A stretch of DNA of 64,000 bases from an uncultured Actinomycetes bacterium (GTDB lineage: Bacteria > Actinomycetota > UBA4738 > HRBIN12): the NCBI GenBank assembly GCA_963704725.1, contig OY969934.1, forward strand, positions 544,001 to 608,000. Direction: 5' to 3'. Numbering within the stretch: position 1 is the first letter of the stretch; the number at the start of each line of letters is the position of its first letter. The notes beneath the pieces are model-generated. The model ran no database searches. It was not told the origin of the DNA and saw only the letters and a list, made by a program, of their open reading frames with translations. The position numbers were made by a program, and so were the translations under genes. This document shows positions 47,257 through 56,872 of this stretch, piece by piece.

Positions 47257-49223
47257 CCCGCCCCCGCTGGAGCGCTCGGGGTTCCGGGGATCGACGCCGC
47301 GATCGCCGCCAGCTCGTCCAGGCCGAGCCCGGGCGCGTCGAGCGACCGGTAGAGGCCGTTCGAGACCCACTCGAGCAGCGAGCGGCCGGGGGTCCACCGG
47401 CCCGGCGAGCCGGCGACCTCGACGGCCGACTGGCGGGCGGCGCTCGCCGGTGGCAGCTCGGCGGCGGCCTCCAGGTGCAGGCGGATCGCGCCGGGCCCCG
47501 CGTCCGCCTCGGCGTCTCGGAAGTACATCGTCACGCCCGGCACGTCGTCGATCCCCACGAGCTCCACGCTGGCCAGGGTGAAGCCCGCCGGGAGCCGTTC
47601 GGGCGCCGCGACGGCGAACGGGACGGCCAGGGCCGCCTCCTCCAACGAGACGCGTTCGACGACGGCGCCGTCGGTGGCGTGGGTCCGCCACGACTCCGGC
47701 ATCGCAAGGCCGACCACCGGCAGGGCGGCCGCCGCCTCCAGGAGCTTGGCGCGGGGCAGGTTCGACTCGAGGTACAGGTCGGTACCGGCGGCGTGGATCG
47801 ACAGCAGCCGGCCGTGCCAAGGGGTGGCCGGTTCGTAGTACGCGACGCCGCGGCCCACCGGCACCTCCTCGGCCCGCAGGCTCACGGCGCCGAACGGGGC
47901 GTCGCCCGTCCACGACCGCGTCTCGCCGAGCCGCAGGAACGAGAGCCCGTCGGCGTAGGTCACGACCGCCTGGCCGCCCTCCGGGCTCTCCGGGATCACC
48001 GCCCGGTACAGGTCCAGCCCGCCCAGCTCGGCCGGCGCCAGCGGGTCGAACCCGGCCCGAGCCGCGACCTCGGCGGGCGGCACGTGCTCGGCGCCCTGGT
48101 CCTCGGTCCGATCGGTGGCCGGGATCCGGAACACCGAGGCCGCAGGCCGCGAAAGGCTCACGGAGAGCGCCGCCACCTCGAAGACCGGCGCGCGGGAGGG
48201 CTCCTCGGGCAGCCCGAACCGCTCGGCCCACGCATCGCGCTCGTGGCCCGCCGCCGGGTAGACCTCCCACCGCAGGGGGAACCAGCTCCCCTCGTCGAGC
48301 CAGATGCGGACGCGGTCCTTGGAGAAGAACGGCCGCCACTCGCCGCCGATCGACAGGAACGGGAAGAGCGACTGCGCGCGCTCGAACGGCACCTGGACGA
48401 TCACGGCGGGACGACCCAGGACGGTGTCGCGTCCGATCACGGTGACGGCCGCCGGCTCGGCCAGCGCGGTCAGCGGCAGCACCAGGTCGGTGGGGGCCGG
48501 CGCCCTCGAGGAGAACGGCATCCGGTTGCGGACGGAGGTCACCCGCTGGGGGCATCGGGCGGCGGGGCACAGGTCCGGCCCGGACGAGTACCAGTGGTCG
48601 CGGTCGACGATCAGCCGGAGGTCGGTGGGCGTCGCCGGAGACGGGTAGATCGTCCGGTCCTCGACGTCGAGGCGGAAGCGCTCGGGGGCCCGGAACCAGA
48701 CGTGCATCGAGAGCTCGCGGCGCGGGACGTCGGGGGAGAGGTGGAGCTCGCTGATCGAGAACGTGGCCTCGTACGCCGTCAGGCCGGCCGCGGCGGCGGC
48801 CACGTCCCGGCTGATCCGTTCGGCGGCCAGCGCCGAGGTGCGTTCGGGCGCGTCGTTGGACCACGGCCCGCCGACCACGAGGCTCCCCACGAGGAGGCCG
48901 GCCACGAGCGCCGCGGCGGCGGGGGTGAGGGACCGCATCCGTGGGCGGCTGCGGGGCAGGCGCATCGGACGGACGATCCGCAGGCCGGGCCGGCGGGCGC
49001 CGGTCTCCGCCTCGACCGCGGACATGATGGGCTCGACCAGGTCGGGGATGGCGGGGGCGACCTCGAAGCGGACGCGTTCGCGCAGCCGGTACGCGCCGCG
49101 CTCGAACGCCCGGCACTCGTCGCAGCCCTCGAGGTGGTGCTCGAGCGCGACGAGCTGGCGGTCGGGGATCCGCTCGCCGTCCAGACGCTCGGAGATCAGG
49201 CGCTCGGCCTGCTCATGATCCAC
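47253..49223 (-). CDS. Zinc-binding anti-sigma factor (zf-HC2) with TM helix and large extracellular LolA/RseB-like region
   Basis: HLEGCDEC (HxxxCxxC), TM AAAALVAGLLVGSLVV, WFRAPERFRL, IWLD...FPLR, two similar C-terminal modules. Confidence 0.8.
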   Translation of the reverse strand: MDHEQAERLISERLDGERIPDRQLVALEHHLEGCDECRAFERGAYRLRERVRFEVAPAIPDLVEPIMSAVEAETGARRPGLRIVRPMRLPRSRPRMRSLTPAAAALVAGLLVGSLVVGGPWSNDAPERTSALAAERISRDVAAAAAGLTAYEATFSISELHLSPDVPRRELSMHVWFRAPERFRLDVEDRTIYPSPATPTDLRLIVDRDHWYSSGPDLCPAARCPQRVTSVRNRMPFSSRAPAPTDLVLPLTALAEPAAVTVIGRDTVLGRPAVIVQVPFERAQSLFPFLSIGGEWRPFFSKDRVRIWLDEGSWFPLRWEVYPAAGHERDAWAERFGLPEEPSRAPVFEVAALSVSLSRPAASVFRIPATDRTEDQGAEHVPPAEVAARAGFDPLAPAELGGLDLYRAVIPESPEGGQAVVTYADGLSFLRLGETRSWTGDAPFGAVSLRAEEVPVGRGVAYYEPATPWHGRLLSIHAAGTDLYLESNLPRAKLLEAAAALPVVGLAMPESWRTHATDGAVVERVSLEEAALAVPFAVAAPERLPAGFTLASVELVGIDDVPGVTMYFRDAEADAGPGAIRLHLEAAAELPPASAARQSAVEVAGSPGRWTPGRSLLEWVSNGLYRSLDAPGLGLDELAAIAASIPGTPSAPAGAG

Positions 49224-49737
49224 CGGCGTCCTCCTCGAGGGCGAGCGCGCCCATCATCGCCTTGCGTCCCCGGTGCATCCGACTCTTCACGGTGCCGACG
49301 CGCACCCCGAGCACGTCGGCCGCCTCCTGGTACGACAGCCCGAACACCTCGATCAGCAGGAACGGCTCGCGGTGCTCCTCCGAGACCGCGGCGAGCGCCG
49401 TCTGGAGCTCGAGGCGTGCCTGGGGGTCGGTCGGCCCGACCGGCGGCGGCGGCTCCTTGTCCAGGTGGACCGTCCGCGATCGGATCGCGTCCATGGCGCA
49501 GTTCCGGGCGATCCGGAAGAGCCAGCTCGTGAACTTGGCGTCCCCCCGGAAGCTCCTCAGGAACCGGAAGGCCCGAAGGAACGCCTCCTGGGTGACGTCC
49601 TCTGCGAGAGCCCGGTCCCGCGTGAAGTGGTGCGCGAACCGCCACACGTCCGCCTGGTACTGCCGCACCAGGTCCTCGAACGCGCCGAGGTCCCCCTCAC
49701 GGGCGCGCGCGAGCGTCCGCGGGTCCGGGTCGTGCAC
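49213..49737 (-). CDS. ECF RNA polymerase sigma factor
   Basis: GDLGAFEDLV, AEDVTQEAFLRA, FTSWLFRIARN, LSYQEAADVLG..GTVKSRMHR. Alternative start 49764. Confidence 0.93.
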   Translation of the reverse strand: MHDPDPRTLARAREGDLGAFEDLVRQYQADVWRFAHHFTRDRALAEDVTQEAFLRAFRFLRSFRGDAKFTSWLFRIARNCAMDAIRSRTVHLDKEPPPPVGPTDPQARLELQTALAAVSEEHREPFLLIEVFGLSYQEAADVLGVRVGTVKSRMHRGRKAMMGALALEEDAGGS

Positions 49738-49899
49738 CGAGCTCCTCTCGCTCCGGCCGGACAACCAAGCCTAGCCCCGCGGACCTGCCCTCGATACCCC
49801 GCTGAGCTGGGGGAACGGAGCGCCGGCCCGAGGGAGCCCTCCTCGTGATCGGACGGTCTCACCTGTTGACCGGGCGGAGCGGGCGATGGTTCCGGGGGA

Positions 49900-50151
49900 T
49901 CAGCCGGAGAGGCGGGCGGAGGGGTGCTCCAGGCGCTCGGCCAGGCGCTCGGCGCGCTCGGCGGCCTCCTCCTGCATCCCGGCGGTCATCGCGCCGGTGA
50001 TGGCCAGGAGCTCGGACTCGACCCGAGATCCGATGCGCCCGGTCCCCAGCTCGAGCTGGCCTTCCAGGCGCGAGATGGCCCGCTCCAGGCGTGCCACCGG
50101 GTCGTGGTCCCGCGCCTCCCGCCACGCCGCGAGGTCCACGATCGAGCCCAT
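49900..50151 (-). CDS. Small hypothetical helical protein
   Basis: MGSIVDLAAWR start, amphipathic helices, coding-like GC3. Confidence 0.6.
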   Translation of the reverse strand: MGSIVDLAAWREARDHDPVARLERAISRLEGQLELGTGRIGSRVESELLAITGAMTAGMQEEAAERAERLAERLEHPSARLSG

Positions 50152-50254
50152 GAGGCGATGGTAGACCAGGCCACCGACACTCCGGTGGAAGCGGGCCGAA
50201 CAAGCTCGGCATCTGCTCGCATGACGCCCGCCGGCGCGTTCCAGGGGCCCCGGG

Positions 50255-50623
50255 TCAGCCCGACCCGGGGCTCTTCGCGTAGTCGCCGGCCCCGAGGAAG
50301 TGGAGCGAGACGTACGGCTCGTCGCCGATCACCCAGGAGTCGTGTCCGGGCTCGACGAAGAACAGGTCACCCGGCGTGAGCTCGTACTCGGAGCCGTCGG
50401 CCATCTTCACGGCGGCCCGCCCCGACACGACGAGGCCCACGTGCTCGACGGGGCAGAGCGCGTCGCCGGTGGCTCCGCCGACGTGCTCCGACCACACCCA
50501 GCCGGGCTCGTAGCTGGCCCGCCCGACCGTCACGCCCCCGGCCGAGAGCACGTCGAACGCCCCGTGCTCGAAGGTCCGGGACTCGTCCGGCTGCTCGAAC
50601 CTCCGGATGTCCACGCCCGCCAT
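50255..50623 (-). CDS. Cupin domain protein
   Basis: YEPGWVWSEHV, CPVEHVG, EPGHDSWVIGDEP. Confidence 0.85.
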   Translation of the reverse strand: MAGVDIRRFEQPDESRTFEHGAFDVLSAGGVTVGRASYEPGWVWSEHVGGATGDALCPVEHVGLVVSGRAAVKMADGSEYELTPGDLFFVEPGHDSWVIGDEPYVSLHFLGAGDYAKSPGSG

Positions 50624-50712
50624 CGGCGACTCCCGTCTCGTCGGATCCGCATAGGACATCACATCGCGCGGACGCGGGATGGGGCGATCGGATGCGACGG
50701 GATCTCGATGAC

Positions 50713-51504
50713 CTAGCCGCCGGCGCGGACACGCGGCGACGCCACCGAGCCGGCCACGGTGAGGGATCGAGATCTGCCGTGGCTCGCTCCGACCGTTGCC
50801 GGGTGCGCGGAGACCGCCTCGACGATCATGCGAGCCGCCTCGCTGTGGGCCACGCGGTCGGTGTTGATGACCAGGTGGTACAGGAGTGGGTCGTCGATGT
50901 CCGCGTCGTAGTACTTCTTCAGGTAGCGCTTTCGCCCCAGGTCCCGATCGTGCACGTACCGCGACGCATCCTGGGGGCTGAGATGCTCGTGCTCCATGAC
51001 CCGCTCGACGCGGGCCTCCAACGATCCCACGAGACGGACGTGGAAGGCGTGGTCGAGCGCGCCCGTGACGATGTTGGCCCCCCTTCCGATCACCACCACG
51101 TTGCCGAGCTCCGCCAGGTGCAGGATCGTGTCGGCCGTCTTCCGCACCAGCGTCCAGGTGCGCGGGTGGAGGCCGAAGAGCTCGTCCATGATGTCGGAGA
51201 TCTCGGAGACCCGATCTTCGAGCATGTAGATCGCCAGCCGGTTCGGCAGGTCGTGTTCCTGAAGCACACGGTCGACGAGGTCGCGGTCGAAGATCGTCCA
51301 TGGGCACGAATCCGATGGAGCTCGGGCCTGCAGTCTCGCCACCAGCTCCTGCGCCAAGACGTGGGCCCCCGTCCCGGCCTGGCGGGAGATCGTGATCATG
51401 CGGCGAGGCCCCTCGACCGGATGCGCCACCGATGGATGGGGCGGTGCTTGCGATTGGCAGCGGATGTAGTCGAAGCAATGCTCCAGACCGGTCGGCTCCT
51501 TCAT
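50713..51504 (-). CDS. Cytidylate kinase-like family protein
   Basis: ITISRQAGTGA, GNVVVIGRGAN, HVRLVGS, YHLVINT. Confidence 0.85.
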   Translation of the reverse strand: MKEPTGLEHCFDYIRCQSQAPPHPSVAHPVEGPRRMITISRQAGTGAHVLAQELVARLQARAPSDSCPWTIFDRDLVDRVLQEHDLPNRLAIYMLEDRVSEISDIMDELFGLHPRTWTLVRKTADTILHLAELGNVVVIGRGANIVTGALDHAFHVRLVGSLEARVERVMEHEHLSPQDASRYVHDRDLGRKRYLKKYYDADIDDPLLYHLVINTDRVAHSEAARMIVEAVSAHPATVGASHGRSRSLTVAGSVASPRVRAGG

Positions 51505-51722
51505 CGGAGTCCTCTCCCTTCGGCGAGGCTCCCTGAGGCCTCCATCGTCTCGGGGCGCTCCTCGTGCAGGCCGTCCCACGGCTCATCGCGGGGCTCTGTC
51601 GAGCCCAAGACTTCAACTACGCGAACGGACCGACCGAAACCAGGGCTGTTCGTCGCACGACGAAGGGGCCCCGGTGGTCGAGGGACCCTTGGCCCCCGAC
51701 GCGAGACGCGGCCTCGACTACG

Positions 51723-52136
51723 GTGTCGTCGAAGGGGGCAGAGATCGACCCGTCGCCATCTTCCACGAACCAGCCCCCAGTCGGGACTGGGCTGTTCGAG
51801 CGCGAAGCCGTCCTCGACGCCTTTGTGAGAAACCCTCGCTCGACCTGGACCGCCGTCGCTCTGTCCTCCTGGTACGGCGTCCGGCTCGACCTCGTTGACG
51901 CGATCCTCGGCGAGCTCGCGGAGGAGGGCATCATCTGCGGCACGGCGGGGGAGGATGGCCGCTACACCGTGAGCGGTGAAGAGCAGCCCACCACGGGCGG
52001 GTCCCGGGAAGATGCCGATCCGCCGGAGCGAGGCGAGATCGACCCTCGGCTCGTGGGGCCCGACTCCGGCTTCATCGACGAGACGCCGGGAACGCGCCGC
52101 GAGCTCGTGTCCCTCGTGAGCGGAAGGGGAACATGA
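51723..52136 (+). CDS. Hypothetical protein with possible winged-helix segment (start uncertain)
   Basis: EREAVLDAF..WTAVALSSWYGVRLDLVDAILGELAEEGII resembles a wHTH. Confidence 0.45.
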   Translation: MSSKGAEIDPSPSSTNQPPVGTGLFEREAVLDAFVRNPRSTWTAVALSSWYGVRLDLVDAILGELAEEGIICGTAGEDGRYTVSGEEQPTTGGSREDADPPERGEIDPRLVGPDSGFIDETPGTRRELVSLVSGRGT

Positions 52137-52241
52137 CCGGCGATCCTGCGGGGACGTTTCCGCAGGGCCCGGCCATCGTTGGGGTAAAACGCCGGTGAGG
52201 CGCCAGAGTGCGAGCGCCTCACCGATCGCCATGCCGCCGTG

Positions 52242-52454
52242 TCACGCGGGCACCTCTCGCTGGAGCAGCACCGGCACGGGCAGGTGCGGCTGCGCCGCCG
52301 GCGAGTAGGAGGGGTGCCAGGTCAGGTCGACGCTGGCGACCTCCCAGCCCTCCTTGCCGAGCTCGCTCAGCCGTTCCACCACTTCCTTGATGTGCGACGC
52401 GAACTCCTCGGAGAACGGCATCTCCTCGACCCGGTACTCGATCAGCTTCATCAC
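52242..52454 (-). CDS. Small DUF4177-like protein
   Basis: EYRV..LSELGKEGWEVASV..LLQRE; AAGGAGG RBS. Confidence 0.75.
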   Translation of the reverse strand: MMKLIEYRVEEMPFSEEFASHIKEVVERLSELGKEGWEVASVDLTWHPSYSPAAQPHLPVPVLLQREVPA

Positions 52455-52522
52455 GACCTCCTTCCGTTCCGCGACGCGCGTCCGAGTCGCCTCCAGTCTG
52501 TCGAGCGGCGCTCCCCCGGTCA

Positions 52523-52558
52523 GTGACCCGCGTCTCAGACGGGCGTGACTTCAGTCAC
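52523..52558. promoter_or_regulatory. Two CRP/FNR-type boxes (GTGA-N6-TCTC at 52523; GTGA-N6-TCAC at 52545)
   Basis: GTGACTTCAGTCAC palindrome plus a degenerate copy 22 bp away, between the DUF4177 gene and the divergent Crp gene. Confidence 0.7.
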
Positions 52559-52667
52559 CGAGGCCGGCCGGCCGACTGTTCCGCGAAGGGACGAACCCCT
52601 AGACTCGTTTTCGAGAGGTGCGAGGCCGCCCGGTCTTTGCGGAGGATGCCCCGGGCCGGACGGTGAC

Positions 52668-53393
52668 GTGCTCGAGGATCTCCCCCAGGAGGGATCGCGG
52701 GGCGGCTTCCTCTCGGCGCTTCCGAAGGAGGCCGCGAAGAGTCTGCTTGCCGGGGCGATCAGGATCAGCGTCCCGGCGGGCGCGCTCGTGTACCGCGAGG
52801 AGGAGTCCCCGCGGGTCATCGTGGTGATCGACGGGCTCCTCCGCGTGTTCCTCCGCTCTGCCGACGGACGGCAGGTGACGGTGCGCTATGCGCGTGGCGG
52901 CGACGTGGTCGGCCTCGCGCTCGTCCTGGGAGGTCCGGGACCGACGAGCGTGCAGGCCATGACGAGCGCCACCGTCGCCGCCCTGGCGATCGACACGCTG
53001 CGCTCGATGCTCACGTCGGATCCCCGTGTCACACGGACCTGCGCCGAGGAGCTGACACGGCAGTTGTACCTGGCGCTCGACGACCTGTCGGAGCAGGCCT
53101 TCCTCTCGGTCCGCCAGCGCCTCATCCGTCAGTTGCTGGACCTGGCCGCCCCCGGCGCGGGGTCGCACCCGGTCGTGCGCGCGACACAGCAGGAGCTGGC
53201 CGACGCCGTGGGCTCGGTCCGAGAGGTCGTGACACGGACCCTCCGCGGGCTACGGAAGGAGGGCCTGCTGGACACCTCCCGCGATCAGATCGTCCTGCTC
53301 GATCCGATCACGCTGAGCGAGGAGGCGAGGGCATCGAACGTCGCCGTGCACGAGCAGGCCGATCGCAGGACACGACCGAGCGACGACCTCTGA
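52668..53393 (+). CDS. Crp/Fnr-family transcriptional regulator
   Basis: cNMP-binding barrel (GLLRVFLRSADGRQVTVRY..GDVVG) and HTH TQQELADAVGSVREVVTRTL. Start uncertain. Confidence 0.9.
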   Translation: MLEDLPQEGSRGGFLSALPKEAAKSLLAGAIRISVPAGALVYREEESPRVIVVIDGLLRVFLRSADGRQVTVRYARGGDVVGLALVLGGPGPTSVQAMTSATVAALAIDTLRSMLTSDPRVTRTCAEELTRQLYLALDDLSEQAFLSVRQRLIRQLLDLAAPGAGSHPVVRATQQELADAVGSVREVVTRTLRGLRKEGLLDTSRDQIVLLDPITLSEEARASNVAVHEQADRRTRPSDDL

Positions 53394-53685
53394 GAAGGGG
53401 TGTGGCGGCTTCCCGTGCCGCAGACCGGGCGCGTGGCCTCGGCGGTCCGGAAGTCGTGATCGCGCCACGCGACGAACCCGCTTGCGTCTGACGGCGGGAC
53501 CCCGAACGGCCGATGCGGGCATCCCCGCGCGGCATCCGCGTGGGCGCGCTCGAGAATGGGCCACCTTGGCGATGGTTCGCCGAGCCAACCCCGCGTAGTC
53601 TTCCGGATCACGCGGTCGAGGCCGCGGCCCTCCTCCTCGCAGCAGTCGGTGTCGGTCCTTCCCCCTGGACGCACATGGAGCGTGC

Positions 53686-54762
53686 ATGGAGGAGGTCGCG
53701 AGGGTGGTGCTGGCGCTCGAACAGCCGGACGTGGCCGAGGAGGTCCTGCACTTCCTCGACCGGAGCGGCGCCGCCCGGGTCGTCGGCACGGCGTCGGATC
53801 ACCGGCAGCTCGTCGAGGCGATCCGGCAGCTCGAGCCCGACGCCGTCGTGTCGGCGCCGACGCTCGCCCCGTCGCGGGGCGAGCTGAACGGGAGCGCCCT
53901 GCTCGCGATCGACACGACGCAGTCCGTGACGTCGCTCCGCCGCGCGATCCGCTCGGGTGCGGCCGGGTTCTACCTGTGGCCGGCCGAGCGTGAGGCGCTC
54001 GCCGAGGCGGCGGCCCGCGTGCGCCCGCCCGCCGAACCCGACTCGGAACGGCCCGCGCCGGTGCTCGCCGTGTACGGTCCGCGCGGCGGCGCCGGCGCGA
54101 CCTTCGTGGCCACGCACCTGGCGGCCGCGCTGGCACGACGGGACCGCCGGTGCGTGCTCGTCGATCTCGACGTCGTGTTCGCGGACGTGTCGGCTGCGAT
54201 CGGCGTGCCCGCCGACGACGCCCCGCGGACGATGGGCGATCTGCTCCCGCTCGGCGACGAGGTCTCTGCCCGCAACGTCGACGACGTGCTGTGGCGTCAC
54301 CCGGAGGGCTTCGGCGTGCTGCTCGCTCCCGGTGACGAGACGGCGGCCGTGAACGCCCGGGGGAGGCATTACCGGGCGGCGATCCGGGCGGCGAGGGGCC
54401 TTTGCGACGTCCTCGTGCTGCACGTCCCTCGCGGCCTCGATGACATCGCCCGGACCGGCCTCGAGCTCGCGGACCGGGTCGTGGTCGTGCTCGGCCTGGA
54501 CGTGCTCTCGTTCCGCGACGCGAGACGGGCGATCGCGGCGGCCGGCCTCGAGGATCGCTGTGTCTTCGTGGTCAACCGTGCCCGCCGGTCCGAGATCACC
54601 CCGGCCGACGTCGAACGGGTCTTCGGGGTGCCGCCGATCGCCGTGATCCCGGCCGATCGCGCGGCGGCGAGGGCCCAGGATCACGGGCGCCTGCTCGCGA
54701 AGCGGGGCCGAGCGGGCCGCTCGATGGACCGTCTGGCGCGGCGGATGCTGGAGGACGCGTGA
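53686..54762 (+). CDS. Tad pilus CpaE/TadZ/Ssd-like protein (degenerate receiver + MinD-like ATPase)
   Basis: REC-like N-terminus, deviant Walker A GPRGGAGATF, LVDLD. First gene of the tad cluster. Confidence 0.85.
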   Translation: MEEVARVVLALEQPDVAEEVLHFLDRSGAARVVGTASDHRQLVEAIRQLEPDAVVSAPTLAPSRGELNGSALLAIDTTQSVTSLRRAIRSGAAGFYLWPAEREALAEAAARVRPPAEPDSERPAPVLAVYGPRGGAGATFVATHLAAALARRDRRCVLVDLDVVFADVSAAIGVPADDAPRTMGDLLPLGDEVSARNVDDVLWRHPEGFGVLLAPGDETAAVNARGRHYRAAIRAARGLCDVLVLHVPRGLDDIARTGLELADRVVVVLGLDVLSFRDARRAIAAAGLEDRCVFVVNRARRSEITPADVERVFGVPPIAVIPADRAAARAQDHGRLLAKRGRAGRSMDRLARRMLEDA

Positions 54763-56045
54763 GCGCGGCCGACACGTTCCGGGACGTCCGGCAGGGCCTG
54801 CACGAGCGGCTGCTGCGGCGGGTCGACGGGGGCGAGCTCGACGGCGTCGGCCGGGCGGAGCGACGGTTGCGCGTGCGCGAGGAGGCGCTGGCCGTCCTGC
54901 GCGAGCAGGGGCACATCCTGCCGCAAGGGGCGCTCGCGAAGCTGGTGAACGAGGTCTCCGACGCGGTCGTCGGGATGGGTCCCATCGAGTTCCTGCTGCG
55001 GGACCCCGACGTCACCGAGGTCATGGTGAACGGTCCCGACGACGTCTACGTGGAGCGGAAGGGGCGGATCGAAAGGGTGGTCGATCGTCTGTTTGAGGGG
55101 GAGGAGGCGGTCTTCCACCTGATCGAACGCATCGTGGCACCCCTGGGCCTTCGGGTCGATGGTTCGTCACCTTGGGTGGACGCGCGACTGTCAGACGGTT
55201 CGCGGGTGCATGCGATCGTTCCGCCCCTTTCGCTCTGCGGTCCGGTGCTGACCGTGCGCAAGTTCTCGGCCGTCCCGCTCGGACCGCGGGACCTGGTTCG
55301 CATCGGGACGCTCGGACCGCGGATGCTCGCATTCCTCGCCGCGTGTGTGCGGGGTCGCGCGAACGTCATGGTCTCCGGCGGGACCAGCTCCGGCAAGACC
55401 ACGTTGCTAGGGGTGCTGTCCTCGTTCATCCCCGACGGCGAACGGATCGTCACGATCGAGGACGCGGCGGAGCTCCGCCTCGCCAAGCCGCACGTGATCG
55501 GGCTCGAGTCGCGCCCCCCGAACGTCGAGGGCGCCGGCGAGGTGACGGTGCGCGATCTCGTCCGCAACGCGCTCCGCATGCGGCCGGACCGCATCGTCGT
55601 GGGCGAGGTTCGGGGAGGCGAGGCCCTCGACATGCTGCAGGCGATGAACACGGGCCACGACGGCTCGCTTTCGACCGCACATGCCAACTCCGGCCGCCAT
55701 CTCCTGTGGCGGCTCGAGACGATGGCGATGATGTCGGACGTCGAGCTCCCCGCGGCGCACATCCGGGCGCAGGTGGCTTCCGCCGTCGATCTGGTCGTGC
55801 ACATGACGCGGCTCCGCGACGGCCGTCGAGTCGTCTTCCAGATCGTCTCCGTCGACGGCCTGGGGGACGACGGGGAGCCGTCGGTGACGGAGGTCTTCGG
55901 CTTCCGGCCGCGGCTCGGACGCCACGGCGCCTTCGTGGTCACGGGGGCGGCGCCGGGATTCGCCCGGGTGCTCGCGGATCGCGGTCAGGAGATGCCCGGG
56001 GCGTGGTTCGACGCCGGCGTCGACGACGAAGCCGGAGCGCCGTGA
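54759..56045 (+). CDS. cpaF: Tad pilus assembly ATPase CpaF/TadA
   Basis: EVMVNG, DARLSDGSR, GGTSSGKTT, TIEDAAEL, ALRMRPDRIVVGEVRG, AMNTGHDG. Confidence 0.95.
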   Translation: MSAADTFRDVRQGLHERLLRRVDGGELDGVGRAERRLRVREEALAVLREQGHILPQGALAKLVNEVSDAVVGMGPIEFLLRDPDVTEVMVNGPDDVYVERKGRIERVVDRLFEGEEAVFHLIERIVAPLGLRVDGSSPWVDARLSDGSRVHAIVPPLSLCGPVLTVRKFSAVPLGPRDLVRIGTLGPRMLAFLAACVRGRANVMVSGGTSSGKTTLLGVLSSFIPDGERIVTIEDAAELRLAKPHVIGLESRPPNVEGAGEVTVRDLVRNALRMRPDRIVVGEVRGGEALDMLQAMNTGHDGSLSTAHANSGRHLLWRLETMAMMSDVELPAAHIRAQVASAVDLVVHMTRLRDGRRVVFQIVSVDGLGDDGEPSVTEVFGFRPRLGRHGAFVVTGAAPGFARVLADRGQEMPGAWFDAGVDDEAGAP

Positions 56046-56872
56046 TCGCCCCGATCCTGGCGGGGATCTGCACCGCGGCGTCGACGTTGCTGCTCGGGCT
56101 GGCGCTTCCCGCCCGCCGAGGCGCGGTCGACCAGCCGCCCGGCCCACCGGATCGGGGCTCCGGTCCGCCGAGGGGGCGCCGGGGGATCTCCCGGAGGATG
56201 CGGATCGCGGGCGGGATCGTGGCCGGCGCGTTGCTCGGCACGGTCGCGGCCGGTCCGCCCGGTCTGGTCGGCGGAGCCTTCGCCGGTGGTGCGATCCCGA
56301 TCGCGCTCGACCGGCGCCGATCCGCCCACCGAGCGGCGCGAACCGAGGAGCAGCTCGTGGACGCGGTGACGGCGATCGCGTCCGCGGTCCGCTCCGGGCG
56401 ATCGCTCGCTCAGGCCCTGGCCGTCGCGGCGGCCGAGATCGAGGAGCCCCTCGGGGGCATGCTCGCCGAGGCGGCGGGTCGCGCCGCGCTCGGGGTTCCG
56501 CTCGATGACGTGCTCGACGCGCTGGCGCAGGGGATCGGAGGACCCGACGCCAGGCTTGTGGTGGGGATCCTTCACCTGCACCGGAGAACGGGCGGAGCGC
56601 TGGCCTCGTCGCTCGACGATCTCGTGAAGACGCTGCGTGCCCGGCGCGACGGCGCCCGCGAGCTCCGTTCCCTGACGGCGCAGGCGCGTCTGTCGGCGGC
56701 GATCCTCGGCCTCCTGCCCCTGGGGTTCTTCCTGTTCCTCTCGGTGGTGGCACGGCGCGACGTCGAGGCCGCGTACCACAGCCCCGCGGGAGCCTCGGCG
56801 ATCGGCATCGGGCTCGCGCTGCAGGGTGCGGCGTTCATCTGGATCCGGCGGCTCCTTCGGGTCGAGCCGTGA
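56042..56872 (+). CDS. tadB: Tad pilus membrane platform protein TadB (T2SS F family)
   Basis: ASAVRSG.SL.QAL, TGGALA, LTAQARLSA.IL..LP. Confidence 0.88.
   Translation: MIAPILAGICTAASTLLLGLALPARRGAVDQPPGPPDRGSGPPRGRRGISRRMRIAGGIVAGALLGTVAAGPPGLVGGAFAGGAIPIALDRRRSAHRAARTEEQLVDAVTAIASAVRSGRSLAQALAVAAAEIEEPLGGMLAEAAGRAALGVPLDDVLDALAQGIGGPDARLVVGILHLHRRTGGALASSLDDLVKTLRARRDGARELRSLTAQARLSAAILGLLPLGFFLFLSVVARRDVEAAYHSPAGASAIGIGLALQGAAFIWIRRLLRVEP

Noticed and set aside
46057-49116. 1019-aa ORF suggesting a giant fusion peptidase
   Set aside because: The N-terminal two-thirds is an off-frame shadow of the anti-sigma gene. The real start is ATG 47256.
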